DNA from: Ophelia neglecta
Lineage: Eukaryota
Direction of reading: 5' to 3'
Assembly: GCA_965285935.1 (NCBI GenBank)
Contig: OZ260661.1
Span: 53,010,001 to 53,074,000, forward strand
DNA length: 64,000 nucleotides
Numbering within the stretch: the stretch's first letter is position 1; each line of letters begins with the position of its first letter. This document shows, one piece after another, positions 26,901 to 41,500 of this stretch. Both the position numbers and the translations under genes were made by a program. The notes under the pieces were generated by a model. That model saw only the letters and a list, made by a program, of their open reading frames with translations, ran no database searches and had not been told where the DNA came from.

Positions 26901-29537
26901 GCCTCCTTCGGGACCTATAGAAATGTAGTTGGTCTTTCTGTTAACAGTCAATGTTATAATTTAGATCAAGCTTATTAATATCCTTCTATCCGTTGTCATT
27001 ACGAGTAAGGTATCGAGGGATCGGACGTCTGATTGCCAACTCCGAAGTCGGGGAAACCAATTTCCACTAGGCAGTCACGAGGGACACTAGAGAGAGACAA
27101 GCAAATTATTACACTAAATTAGTTCGTAGCCTCGCTCAATAACCTCAAGGAATGGAGTAGATTTCCCTACTTCACATTACCGGACAACTAGCCTAAGTTT
27201 TGGTGGGATTTGTGGCATTACATTTGTGATAATGTATCTTCAATGACTCCAGTGACAGGCAAGCAGGGATAATTTAGCGCCGAGGTTTATCCCTCGTTTC
27301 ATAATGACGCTCAGGAGGTATCCATCTCCGGGCCTGATGATTGGGTATGAAAAATAGTGTAATAATTACACCTCCCTCTTGGAGAGTTAGCATCCACCCC
27401 ACCCAGCCCTTTAGGGCCTTACTCACGTCATAATTTATTCTTAATCGCCGTCTGATGAAGACATCTCGTAAGCATACTGCATCTTTGAACTCTTTTCCAT
27501 ATAAAGCTGCTACGAATATCAAACTTGCTTCTTTTGGGCGGTGACGTTAGATCATGTTCCTAAATCACTCTTTATTTGAGTCACCAAGGCTTTTACGACA
27601 TGGTTTGTTTTACGACATCAAGGTTAAGGCCTGCTCTACGATAACCGGAAGGATAATTAAGGGCTGTCGTCTGCTCTTGTGTAGCATGATAAGTAGATAA
27701 TAAGGTATCAAAAGACTCTCACAAATAATCTTTGGATGTTTATATCAGCCTTTTGTGCTGGCACGATAAGACGTACGGTCGATTCTATTCTGAGCTGTAA
27801 ACAAATAAATATGCTGCTCACAGTCTCGATCAGTTGCCCAATATTTCTTCACCTACCCCAGTGTACACCAGGGATCCGAGCAATGATTCGGCATCATCTG
27901 ACAAGGCAGCTCACTTGAAAACCCATCTGATAAATCGCCTTCTCCTATTCCTCACAATCGAACCTATTAAAGCGAGGGTCTCCGGCGCTTGTTTAATAAA
28001 CCCGAACAGATGAGGGTATTAGGAGTAAGATTACCACAACCCATCTTCCTGCCGTGCCATCTCATTTTTTCATAACATCCTAATGCCATAATTGCGCACC
28101 GTAACCTTATTAAAGTTTAAGCAGGCTCCTTTTGAGCAGACGTGAGCCGACTAAGAATAATCACAGAGCACAGAATAAAGCCGGAACGGGGAAAAGTCAG
28201 ACTGAAATTGGGTATCATTTTTCATAGAGCACGCTGGTCGGCGAAGATGGGAGGTCGGGGGAAGGATTATTTGCAAGTCATTGTTCGTGGCCGAGCCATC
28301 ATATTTCGCTGAATGGTTCAAGAGGAAATTGGCGGATTAATACTGTCATCATTTGCAAGGGCCTGGGTCTGGCGTGACAGGGTATAGTTTTATGCATGTG
28401 TACCATTATGAATGCGAGCGGGTGCGTTATTCTAAATGACATTAACTTGTTGCGGGTAATACGGTGCTAATGTAACGTGCTCGCCGGGAGCAGGTGAACA
28501 CCGTAATTGTTCTATGCATAGTAAAGCACTTTATTGCTGGCTCAAGATTCAATTTGACGGCCAGCGATATTTGTCAATTCTATGCTGTAAAGCGTGGCCG
28601 ATCGGACGTGTTTGCCTTGAAAATTGCATTCGGAGAGGTTGGTTGGATCGATGTTTTGGAGACAGGAGTATACCATACACGGCGTGTGATGTACCGGATG
28701 CAAGTGGCATACAAAGAGCGCTCTTCACACTCCTCCGAACCCTCTAATGTCCCGTCCCCCGTGTCGTATCACTGTAGCTTGTTCTTTTATTTCAACAATG
28801 CCTCCAACCAAGCCTTTATATTTTTCACCAAGCCTCATTCAATTAAGAAGTGTCGGTAGTGAATAAATGGCGAATGGAGGAAGGGACTGGGGTAGAAAGC
28901 CAATGAGCACATCGTTGAGTAGCTTAGAGTTGTACTCGACAAAATCTGATTATAAAGGCTTTGGGGGCAGGCTGGGTAGAAACTGAGAAGGCCGCGGGCA
29001 AGAAAACTACCGGAGTGGAGAGAGGGGACCCTGAAAGGCGTGCTGTCGCGAGATCATATTACCTCTCGGATTTGGCATTGTTATGCATTGCACAGCTCAA
29101 CTAGGTCATTTCCATGACCTAGTTTGCTCAATCAGTGGTACTTGAGCAACATTGTCTGTGATCATACCTTTAGACCAACTTGTTTTTGTGTTGTCTTTTG
29201 GCAGAGTTTCTGTCGTAACTAAGGAATATTGATTCGCTGTGGCAGACGACAATGTGAAACCGGAAATGGACACATTTACCAGCATTGTCCCGCGTCTAGC
29301 TACATATTTCATTTTTCTGCGGGCCTACCTTGCTACCACGTTGCTACTTGGTGCAAGCACGGAATTCATATTAAGTTGTTTAAATGAGATATATTTATAA
29401 ATTTCCAGCGTTCCTATACGCGAATTGATTCGACTGATATTATGATTAAATATAGTATCTATGCTAAGTGGCGATGAGTTGATTGTTATTTACAGCATAC
29501 ATATTAGCTTGTATATTACACGGGCTTTCGCGCCTCG

Positions 29538-29581
29538 TCTCCCTCGGGCCTGGTTAAAGCCAGTTTGCGGCCCGAGGGAGA
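29538..29581. repeat. Perfect 13-bp inverted repeat TCTCCCTCGGGCC / GGCCCGAGGGAGA with an 18-nt spacer (possible MITE remnant)
   Basis: The arms at 29538-29550 and 29569-29581 are exact reverse complements. Confidence 0.75.
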
Positions 29582-32500
29582 GCCAGTGATCGTCTGAGCA
29601 GGTCCCCTCGGGACGTTGCTCGCCGGCTCATTTCATGAACCGATTACCTGTATACGGAAGCTTGATCAAGTTCATATTGTCACAAATTAGTCACTCCACC
29701 TCGGCTCCGCCACCCTAAAGCTCAGTTCACCCACAACATCAATTGCAGCTCAATAACTTGCCGATTAATATTGCAGGTATGCACTTTCCCGTGGGACACT
29801 GTTGTTGGTGTTATGCATTATTTAAAGTTATTTTACTGCGACAGTGCTCGAATTCATCTGGTTGACATGCTGCAGGGCTACACGAGTAAAGCGTACAACT
29901 ATTAGAAGATATTATTATACAGGTAAAGCTTACCCCCCCCCCCCCCCCATATCCAAACCTCCCCCATCCCACCCCAAGTCTGCCTGGTCACGTCGACCTT
30001 TATGCTTCTCTTTTCTTCTTATCATGTCACATGATTGATCACATGGTGAATCATACTCTGTTTATTACATAGACCCAGTTTGCACGTCTGCTATGTTGGC
30101 TTTAAGACATCGGCCATCTTGATGGCCCATTGTCTCACGTTGGGCCGAATGATCTAGTTAATAGGTCTGGCCATAAAGCCATTATAACCGAATAAAAGGA
30201 ATGTATTGGTCGTGTAAGGCAAGAGTCGGCCACCTTTCTACATTAGTGATGACTAATTGAGGAATAATTTGTCGATGTCAGAGCGGCCTCTGATCTGCCC
30301 TGACCCGGTTTGGTCGGGGTCTCCGTTAACTGCTCTATGACCCCCGGACCCCTTCAGGCACGTATCCAGGCTCATGCCCGCCTTCTCTCGGCCTGTTAGT
30401 ACACAAACCACAAGGATTTGGATGAGATGAGAGTTATGTTTTGACGGAATCCCGTGTCTGCTGACGTGTCGACAAGCTTTCTACGTTAACGAAGCTCAAA
30501 TAGGCCAACTCCCAAGTGTTTCTGATACAGACGTTTGATAGAGGATAGGCCGTTGAAAGCTGCTTGTCTTGGGCCGGGCGCCGACCTCAGCTGAATTTTA
30601 GAATCATGTTTTGCCAAGCCCATGTAAATTAAAACGGCATTCGGTCGGCTGTCGACGTGGTGGTTCCTTGGCGGGCGGCGATGGAAACCGACTTTTTCTT
30701 TCTATGCAGGTCTCCTCTATATACAGTGGCAGGAAATCGCTCTAAATCCCCGGGATTAGATTTGCGTGAAACTTGGTCATTGTGAGCTGCTCTGGTGGTT
30801 ATCTGGCCACTAATGTGGGATACGGTGGGGTAGTCGAGGGCTGGCGGGCCGTCGGTAAGAGGCCATTACTGCAGCAGGATGTCTGCTTGTAGAGAGTACG
30901 TGAGCTGACGATGGCGGCCATCCATTTGGGTTAGCGCGCCGTCGGCTATCGGACGTGCCCCCGAGCAGACGACACGATAAACCGGCTCAACATTCGAGCT
31001 CCACAGGCCGACTCTGTCAGCCCCATAATGTGTGTACACCCACTAATAACATCCAGCAACGGACACAAGAAATAAAGACACTCTTGATCTAATTACGGAA
31101 AGCGCTTGGTGCTCTTTGCCCGGTCTCAGCAGAGCCTTTGAGAAGCTGTTTATCCAGCCCCAGTAAGTGCCCCAGCGCGCAGCTCTCCGAGTCGTCCATA
31201 AACGCTCCCCGGCCGCCCCGGCCAAATGGGGAATAAACTGACTACTGGTAGAAAGCCGCGGCCCGTTTGCCCGAGTAATACTATTAGACTCAGCAATCAG
31301 CCTCGACAACAGATGCAGAATAATGGGTTTATTCCATCATTTGCACCCTGGCCGCCCCCAAAGGCTTGTTTCTACTATTTCACCTACTTTATTTAACCTC
31401 CCCGTTTGGTCGGCTTCCTAGGCCTATAGCCTTTCACACGTGGGACGAGGGGACTTTATTGTGTCTTGGCTCTGCTCGCGCTGGAAAGCTCTGCCTTGAT
31501 CTGCAAAGCTCTGATTGCTACCAATACAGATGGGTTAAGTTGTAGGCTGTAGTGAACAGGGATGAATGGACCGTGGCCGATGTAATCCCCGAGTCGAGTC
31601 CCTCACCCGCTCACCCCTGCTGAACCCGAGGCTAGGTCCGGGAAGCACGGGTGACAAGGAAGCCAGTATATTCTTAACTGTGACAGGAATAGGGGTTGAT
31701 GGCGGGCTGAATAAGGCGCGATAAAGTCTGGAGTAGAGGCATGCCGCCACAGTTCACGTCAGACGACATATAAACGGGGGAGTGAGCCCTCAACAATCAC
31801 CGGCCTGACCTTTCCATAGCTTTTGTTCATCATCGCTTCGGTCTCCAAGGTGCTAACATCATAATTTAAATCTGAAGTCAGGCCAGAGGGGCAAGGGGTA
31901 AACTTATCCGGCGGGTACATCGGTGGCTGCCCGGCTGGTGAAGGTCCCTCGGCCCCTCTCGGGGCGGCCGGCCAGACGACCCTTCACCCTTCCCGGTAAC
32001 TAACTTTGACACTCCGGGCAGCACAGATAAATAATTCTGTGGTTTGGGACCCGGCGTGCCCGTCCGCTTATCCAACGCTTCATTTTTCTGGCACTTGTGA
32101 AACCGGGGATGGCTCAGATCTAATCAGGCAGGTCCCGGGCGCAAGTCCCAGCCTCAACCCCCTTCGCCCTCGACCCTCCCTCTCGTTTATTTCACAAATT
32201 GTATCACTCTACTCGCCCTCACATAGGGTCCAAATCACAAATCTTCATTTAGGTAAAATTATTCGATATTGCACAAGACCCCAAGACAATAAATGCTACA
32301 GATAAATAGATTGCCGAAGAATCATATGACGGGAAACACTGTCCCAGACCGTGGTTGTTATCAGGGCACTTCCCATCACAGTCCCTCCAACTTAAAAAAT
32401 ATAAAAACACAATCAATTTAATCGGCCCTCGCTACTCAAACAATATCTTTGATGAAGCCGAGTTATACCGATCTGACTTTATATGCAGGTTTGATATTCT

Positions 32501-35500
32501 TTGAAAACTTGGTGATGATTTCTATGTTTGCTAATGGCTCCCGACGGGCGCGCGATCCTTGAAGCATACGACATTTTGTTCGGTATCCGGGCAATAATTT
32601 ATTCCGGCGGCCATGTTTCATGTCGAGTTGCCATGAATCAATAACTAAACCAAGCGATGCGACTGAACCCCAATTCTCATTCTACACATATTCGGCCCTT
32701 GGTTACAAATTCAGTTGGTTGGTTTTCAATCGGCTATTTTTCCCCCAAGCTTATTCGGACATTTTCTTCCAATGCAGTAGTTCATGAAAGACCAACTTAC
32801 CCTGAATGGTTTGGCGATTGAGGCAGACAGGCTATGTCTTTATAAAGGAGTCAGGACAAATGTCGGTGTTGATGGGGTGGGGTTGGCCATTATTATATTA
32901 CCCGGGCTGTAATCTGTCCCCACGGAGCCGAGTTATCATCAGAAGACCTAGGAGTATGCCTGTCATGCCTCCCTCTCCCTAATATCATTTTTAAGAGATG
33001 GCCTCCGACCATACACCCTTGTCATCCCTGTTTAATAATTCCAAAGGTTATGAATGCACAAGTATTTATCCCTGGGATCATCACTTTGGTAGGGTCCCTC
33101 GGAGATCGTTCTGGGTTATCATTGGCTCACAAGGCGCAGCCTCAATACGAGGTATTAATGGATGGATATTCACCAGCATCTTAACGGCCCGCGGGTGTTG
33201 GCGAAATTATGGCTCAGATTAATTTGTATTGAAATTCGTTGACTGGATTCCTTCGATCAGCGAAGCTTTAAAGTCACGGGAAATATATAGGTAACGGGTG
33301 AAGGGGCGCGACAATGACTTGAATTGACAAGCAAAACGAGTGAGGCCACCATGTTTTCTGTTGAGTTCATTCAGGGAGAGACTCCGTCAAGACTCTCAAG
33401 TCCCATGCCCTTAGTTCAATTTACCTCGATATGTAGCCACTGCTCGGAGCAATCAGAGTATTGCACCACATTGATTTGAACTCTCCGTGGAGAGCGAGTC
33501 CTACAAACGACTATAATGAGCTACATGGCCAGCCTTTATCAGAAAGAATAACATTAAACCAAAATGGAAAGTCAATAGTTCACTTTGTAGCCTCAACATT
33601 TTCTCAGGGTTGCCATAAGCGGTTGAAGAGCTACACTCTCTTTTCGCTAGTTTGATGACGTAATTCTAATGACAGTCACCGTGACTTTCATTCAATCTGG
33701 AAGAATGGCAAAGGACCTCCGAATGAGAGACACAACACCGAGGTACTGGTGCAATTGTTTCCATTTGCTGACCCTAAGCGATCCAATTGAACAATGTATA
33801 GATTTCAGCAAATTGAGATCGCTATCAAATTACGATATAAGTTAAGCGTTCTGTAATCAATGCCTGTCCTATTTGCAAACTGTCTCTCCTCCGTACCCCC
33901 GGGCACTTTCCCCCGGTCAGAGTTGCCTAACACCCGATGATATTACGGTAGTCATCCCCCTAGCCCCTGGGTGAACCCTCCCCCATTTACCACAGTTATA
34001 TTTTGCTGAACATGTTTTGATAAGATTGACATCTAGTGATTATTGATGACCCCTTCGTGACGTAATGTTTTACATTTTAATAGTCAGCGCGTTTAAAATG
34101 AAATGAGAAATGCGTGTAGCTTTGATTTAGGTAACCGTCCTCCCCAGTGACCGAGCTAAGTATTACCTTGTAATCATTAGGCCACCAATTATTTTGTGAT
34201 TTGACTTACCAAAGGAATTAGGGAATTCTATTATAGTTCATTATTCTAAGTTGCATTCTTAGACCGTCTGCTGGTGCTATGGAGTATTGTATATAGGTCA
34301 TGGACAGTGTTTCCACACACGCACACTGTACAGTCTAGTCCTGCTGGTACATATATTCAGCCCTGAGCACTCTTTCACCACCCTTGTCTGAATAACTCAA
34401 CCTCGTTATCTGATACAAATTGTTTCTCGAGTCTGTCCTGTCGTATTTATTTGCCTAGTGTTTACAATCTTCTCCACCAATTTGCTACAAGTTCTGCGTA
34501 AGAATACCAGACGTTTCTGTTATTCCTAGCCAAGTATACAATTTGCTATCTGCTGACTCCACTGGGCATCTGCTGTGGGATGTTGCGGCTCGTGTATCGT
34601 ATTGGGCAGGACTGAAATTAGAATGAATACGGCGCGAGGAAAGGAGATCACCCAACTTGCAAGCTTGTTTTTAATTTAAACACCTCGCACCCGGACGGCA
34701 TCGTCTAACATATTATAAACAATCAGTGATTGCTCGAATTTCGTTTGTCTGGCAGAGATTTGGAGACGAATTGGCACCGCATGTGTTGGCTAAATTCTCG
34801 GTGTTGACTCTCAGCAAAGGTTCGCATTGAGCCAGATCAAAACTAGGGAAACATGCCGACCAGGCTGCAAGAAAATGATAGCCCTTGTATCTGTTATTAA
34901 ACACGCGCCCCCTAGGAGAGAGGAGATAGCCTGGTGTAAGTGAATATCGGGTGTAGTGGGAAGTTTCTCCGCCTGCCTGTGTGTTTTTGATTAGGGGGTT
35001 GAGGAGGCAGTCCCTAGCCGTGTATAGCTCGTTATTCCCAATGTGACCGGTGTGCGTACACAAACAGGAGAACCGACTTCATTAAGCAAAACATGCTGAG
35101 AAAAGAAACCGACCGATGTATGGAATGTGCCATGAAAACGTCTAGTTGGCAGACCAACAGCTACAACACGCCGAGATAGAGCTAGAAATACTCTTGTCAA
35201 AGCAAGGGCCATCTGTAAAGAAAGCAGACGATCACTTGCATGGTTAATAAACACGCCCACCTCTTCGGACGACATACATAGACTAACCAGGCCGGGGCGA
35301 TCCTCTCACATTAAACCAAGCTTAAGAACACTTAGCCAGCGTTGAAATCCATTGAGATTTGGAATTCGGCGATTTTTAACAAATCAGGAGATAGGTTTTA
35401 TCCCCTCGCCCGTGTAGTCTTCCCTCAAATAGCGGTCAACTGCAGTTTTTATTGTGATGAGTTGGACAAGGGTAAAGCCCGGAGGTAAATGAAAATCTGT

Positions 35501-38500
35501 TCAGGGACTAGCCGCAACTCTCGGGTACTCTTCACCGGGCTTATGAAGGTGCGAGAGGCGAAATAAAAACATCAACGGGAGCTATTTACTGCTTAAAATC
35601 ATGTCTGATCGCACTTAATCAAAAGCCATTTCGGCATTTCACCACTACAGATAGCTGAGATAGGGATAAAAAGAACGAGGCAGAATAATAAAATTATTGA
35701 ACTTTGTTGATTAAAGTAATACCCTTGACTGGCATGAGAAGTTAGAATTAGTTGCCATCTGAAACTGCTTTCAATAATATGGGTAGAGTCTTGCATATCA
35801 TGTTTGTCCTATCTTTGGGGAATTAGACAGGCCGCACTGAAGCCGGGGCTCTGAACTGTCAACGTTGAGATCATATGCCCTCAATGCAAACAAGAATGGA
35901 GATGGCAAATGTTCAGTTTTCCAATTAACAAAATGAAGTATTGATGTATTGCTTTGATGAATTGTTGGAGTGGGAGAGATGACAGGCAGGTCTTGTCATG
36001 CGATTTTGCCAGGAGCTGCAAAAGCATGACTGCCCGGCTAGAGCCGACTGCCGACCCTCTGCTTAGATCTTATACACATCTAACACAAGAGAGTGTATAC
36101 ATATGACAGCGAGGTCCAGTGCCGACTGCCGACCCAATACTTATAGTAGGCCTATACACAACTAGCTGAGGGGGACAATAACTGCCCTGCTCAAAGCATG
36201 ATTGTCGACTCTATATACCTGATACATACTTTTCGGTTCAGGACAGATTGGGGGGCGGTCTACTCCGGCCTGACAAACATCTATATATATAACAACACCA
36301 GAAATACCCACCTCAATTTGCTCACATCGTGTCGGTGTCTGAAAACACCGCCGGCTAGTGTGCATTGCAGTTTGTAGTTTAAATAATGTATGTCCCGTCC
36401 CTAAACCATTTAGTAAAGAACCAATAGACATTGGCCTGTCGACTTCGCTTTTCGGCAAATCTTTCAATGCGAACCACATAGGTCAGTTAACGCCACATGG
36501 CCGGCTCCTCGCCATTGTTTACAGGGTGTATATAGGTCATGGACAGGCTGCAGAAAAGCCATCAACGAAGTCTTCAGGCCTGTTTTACACGGCTTACTTT
36601 GGCTCTATCAAATAAGTCAAAGCCTACGCTGAATGATATATCAAAAAAGTATGTGATTGATTTATCACAGAATTTTCGCGGCGGGTTCACTGACAGCGTG
36701 GGAGTAGTAATTGATAATTGGGCTATTTGGGGTAATTAATTGACTCGACACATATTACTTTCTGGTGGCACATCTGGTTTGTGGAGGGCTGTGGTTATGT
36801 TCGATGTCAACAATGTCGGACACAGCCAGCTCGTCGCTACAAAACTTTACCCCTGGCGGGCGACCACCATTGGGGGACAGGGACTTGAGTCGGATTGTTC
36901 CAGGGACAATGGAACTACATATAAGGACGACTGATGACAGAAGACGCCGCCCGTTTAGTGAAATGTCTCAGGCTATTGTTGGCACTTGCGGCAAACAGAC
37001 GAGAACGTCAACAATGATCTATGACGGCACAGGGAGATGTTTTGGTGCAATGTGATGACGGCCATTATGTCAAAAGCATTTTCTAATCAGCTTCCCTGTC
37101 AAACAATACTTAGCTAATATGGTGATAAATCACCAAGGCCGGGCCTGCTTGAAGAGAGGGCTAAGCTTTGTCATAACGGGCGGGCTGCAAAGGATCAGCC
37201 ACGGCACGACAATAGAAATTATGATCTGGTTATGTCTCCGGGGACAATCGACATTTTCCTTGTTATCCGAGTCAAATATGTTGGGGTTAAGGGATTCTTT
37301 CGGAGGGCTAATGCCTCAGATTCTTGGCCTTGTAATAAAGCATGTCTTTTGTAGACAATGACAGAAGAATGGTGACAGGCAAAGACGTCCAAGCCCTGTC
37401 CTTTACAGGACTGTCATTAGTCCTCAGCCTCTCATTACTCCTCTCATACGCGTCACCAGCCCGTCCTCTGTCTATACCATAACCGGCTCTCAGTCGTCGG
37501 TTTTCCCCCATATATTTAAACTCACCATGTAGGACCTTAACAATTATATCTGGCTGTCTTCTATATAACAGAGAAAAAACCTTGACGTGATCCGATGGCC
37601 TGCTGCGAAATTGATTGGCTGTTTATTCTCAGATGCATATATTTGGTAAAACATTTATCTTCAGGGACAGATAGTCGGTTGTAAACAGTCTTTACAGTTG
37701 GCCAGAGGTGGCAAAAGTTGTGATTTGACTAATTCTTACATGATGAAAGTTTGGTAGAGTGTTGAGTGGAGTAAGATGTTAGTCTGTCGTCCCGGAGTGA
37801 ATGGGCGCGGAGGGATATCCTGTCACGAGATGATGAATGGCCCTCGCTGGGAGAGAATGGGACATACCCGGGGCTCTTCTCCTATACCGGCCGGCCCCGA
37901 CTCCTCCCGGCAAGCCTGGCCCGCTTCAGATACGGCCATTCATGACAGACCCCGTCGCTATCGGCCCCCGATCGCCATCTTCCCCGACCACGCATTTATC
38001 AGCTTCTCCGGCATTGGCAAATGGTAACCCCCCTTCCCGCAATGACGGGCTTGCACGGCACAGTTAAATGACCAACGAAGCACAAAATAACAGGCATGGC
38101 TTTTCGTGTCTTTTCACAAAATACGATCATTTGTCTAAACTTTATTTTCTGCCAGTTGTGACATTGATGGGTGATGCTCAGCTGATTTGCTCTGTTTATA
38201 CGCGTTAGTTGTTGAGGCTGAACTGTAAACAGTAGAGGCACGTTTGTTAGAGTCCCGGGGGTGGCAGAGCTACCCCCGGGCCCTTGGCTGTTCGGTATAT
38301 GATGTCCCCTTCTCCACCCCAGTGACCAGTGACGCGCGCCCGAGGGCTCTCACCACCCACCCGTGGGACTCTCTGGGAATGTTACACGATGCTAACAGTT
38401 ATCTATCTACCCTCTTTGACAAAATAAACATAGCCACATGAATCTGCCATTTAATTAGCAAGTGCATCTCAATTATAAGGGTATGGCGAACAGGTGGGGA

Positions 38501-41500
38501 AGTTAGCGGACGCCCCTGGCCTGTCAAACCAGCCCTATCATGGTCGGAGATAGGCCGTTGGCGTGGCGGATACGACCAGCAGATTAATTACGTGGCTGGT
38601 TTATAGGGGCCAGGTCGTGTTTGCGGTGATTTCACCGCGGGCCCGCTGTTTGGTGATATCAACACCCGGGGAGGGCCTCACCATTGCCGTCATTTTCCCA
38701 CAGACTCTCTGATCTTCTCTCTCATCCTCGACACCGCGTTATTCATGGTTCTCGACGAGATAAACATATTTTGATTTTCATTTTGATGCTCATCCATGAA
38801 AAATTCAACAACAGTGTTGTGATGATTTAAACCTGGCCAGATCTAATTTATATCTGTGTTGGTTTCTGGTTTCAATCAGTATGATAATTGCATAAAAGTT
38901 GATAGATATTTTATATCGCCATTCTCAGGGCATCACTTTGCATAATTTGTCTCCTTGAACAGTGCATCCCGCGTGTTAATTATACATGCAAGAGAGATGC
39001 GTTTTTGCTATAGACCTGTTTTTATCAGTCTAAGAAGGCATCTCGTGCGCCGAGACATAGAGACCGCAGCATCTGGTGTTTGTACTAAAAATAAGTTACT
39101 GTGCAGGATATCAAATCAAAGTGGGTGACGAGTTGGTCCATCCACAGATGTGTCAAAGTACCTCCATTTGACTTTGAACTACACATTTCATGTAAGGTTT
39201 ACCCTATGGTATCTAGTGTCGCATTTTATATAATCATTTTTAATACTTTGGCACATTTCATTTTTGTATGTTCAACGCAATAGTAAACCTCAGTCTCTGA
39301 ATGGGATTGTCGCTGTTGTGGTGGTTTGGCACCACCCAAATCACACATTCCTCCCCCCCCCCTCCTCAAAAGATGGTTACATGCATGCATTTCCCCTTTG
39401 TCAATTCTATGGGTCCTCCTTAAATAGGCCTAGTCTAAGTCATGTGGCCACTACCGCTTGCGTGAGACCCAATCTCCTCACGGGCTGGCGCACAGAGGAT
39501 TTCTCCAGATCAAGATAACTAACATCCAACCCCTCCTCTTTTATCCCAATTTATTAAACCCTATTACGTTCCCTAAATTTGTTGCCATTTAATAGCGGCC
39601 GAGCGATAGAGCTCTACGCTCGACCCTTTCATTTTGGCCCGGTGAAAAATTGGGTAGTGAAATTTCCAATATCTTTGCTGGCATGCCCGAGTTTCGCACT
39701 GACAGTTAAATTGACGATAAGACTTTCTAATTTTCCTACAAAACTGCACCAGGGTGATTGCTTTGTTGGTGAATGCATCACACACGGAGAATTATATTGG
39801 GGGTAAGCGACTCTGGCATGCTTGTCCGATGATAAGACGACAGGCAATTTCACAGCAAACGGTATCATGACTGTAGTTTTGGCTCTTGCTCCTACCGACG
39901 GGCAAATCCATAGTGACGCAACCTGCCATCTTAACTTAAGGCATAATACTCCACAACCACACTAATTGTATATTGATACCAACGAAATTGGCTTTAGATA
40001 TAGCCTTACGTTGGTCTATCGATCCCACAGTTGAATCATACCGTGAGGCTTTTTAATTATCGACACCCAGTATTTTAAATTAAAATCTAAATAAGCGCGG
40101 CTGTTTTTAAAAAAAAGCGCCTAATTGAAAGCAAAGTTACAACAACACTTCGAGGCTGTTGGTTTTGGTTGTTGTGGAAAGACCCAGGACAGAGTTCTCT
40201 CCCGCAAGGAGTGTGCTAGCTGAACTAATGAGACTCGGAAGGTTTCCTTGATTCATTAAAATTCTTCAAAACGATTTTCTTAACACCATCATGTCGTTTT
40301 GTTAAGGGTGAATGATGACAGATTTGCTAAGAAAGAGATGCCAGGCGCCCTCCGCGTGGGGCATCGCTCTCCCGGGGCGCCGGTCACAAAAAGATGACCA
40401 TTAGACGGCCGGTGGACAAAAAGAAGAGGCACGCGCCCAAGAGAGTCCCTCTCAATTCACTTTCTGCTCAGTTGACTCGCCTGAATACCTACAAAGTCGC
40501 TGGCTTGACACCCCAAATTAGCGATGTACATTAATTAGCTGTGTTTTGGCCGGCTCAAAGACGGATCATTAGCTATATTTAATGCCCACACCATTGTATC
40601 TCTCGTTTTTCTGATGCCCCTAAACACAGGGGTGATCATCTGGCTTTTTAGTGCGACCTCTCGGGTAGAAAATTATATGCTATCCATATCACAGGAGTGT
40701 GCGGGTGCTCATCCCTTTGTTATTTTGTCAAGAGCCACCTTGCCTTTATGCAAATAACACTTGACAGTGTTTCAAATTCAAATTCATGTTGCCGTTTGCC
40801 CCCAAGTTTGATGATTAGTAAATTCACAGGGCTGAAATTACTGGTTACAGTGTTCACTTAATTTCTTTCCAATAGAGCCAAGGGCAAGCTGTCTCCGTGT
40901 GTCTGACGTGTACCTGCCCCTTTATATATATAGACACTGTCAAAGTTCTGTACAAAACAGAGGGTTACTATAGGAGACCTACTAGCCGTCTGCTTTTATT
41001 ACGCAGCCCAGTCGTTTTTGCGTTTTGAGCCTGGCAGCTTTTAAAACCATGACAAATCATGACGGAATTTATGAGCTGCTGAGATTTGTCCCGCTTGGCC
41101 TAGAATAAACTCACACCGAAAGGGATTTATGTCGCGTTATGAATAATTTCCAAGTCATATTTCACGGGCCTAATTAGGAACGAAGATACTAAATAGTACA
41201 AATTATTCTCGGCGGGAAGGGTCCCGAGGGGCTTTTCTTGTGGAGGTATGTGTTGAAGTATGAATAAATGATATGTTAAACACACCTGAGGCCCGTGAAG
41301 TATACAACAGGGATTGTCGGTCGGCAGCAGAGACCATAACCGCCAGCCGACACCTCCCCACCCGGCCCCTCCCCTCGGGAACCATCCTCGGGCTCCCAAG
41401 GGTAACCAACTTTAAAATTTAGAGCTTCAGTTAAGGTAGCGGTGTGTGTAGGAAAGTGGATGTGAATTGTGATAAATGTTTGATGCGGCTTCTCCCCAAG

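Noticed and set aside
14490-30392. TTCTCTCGGC x4 and other TCTCGGC words
   Set aside because: Only mild excess over expectation and no assignable factor.
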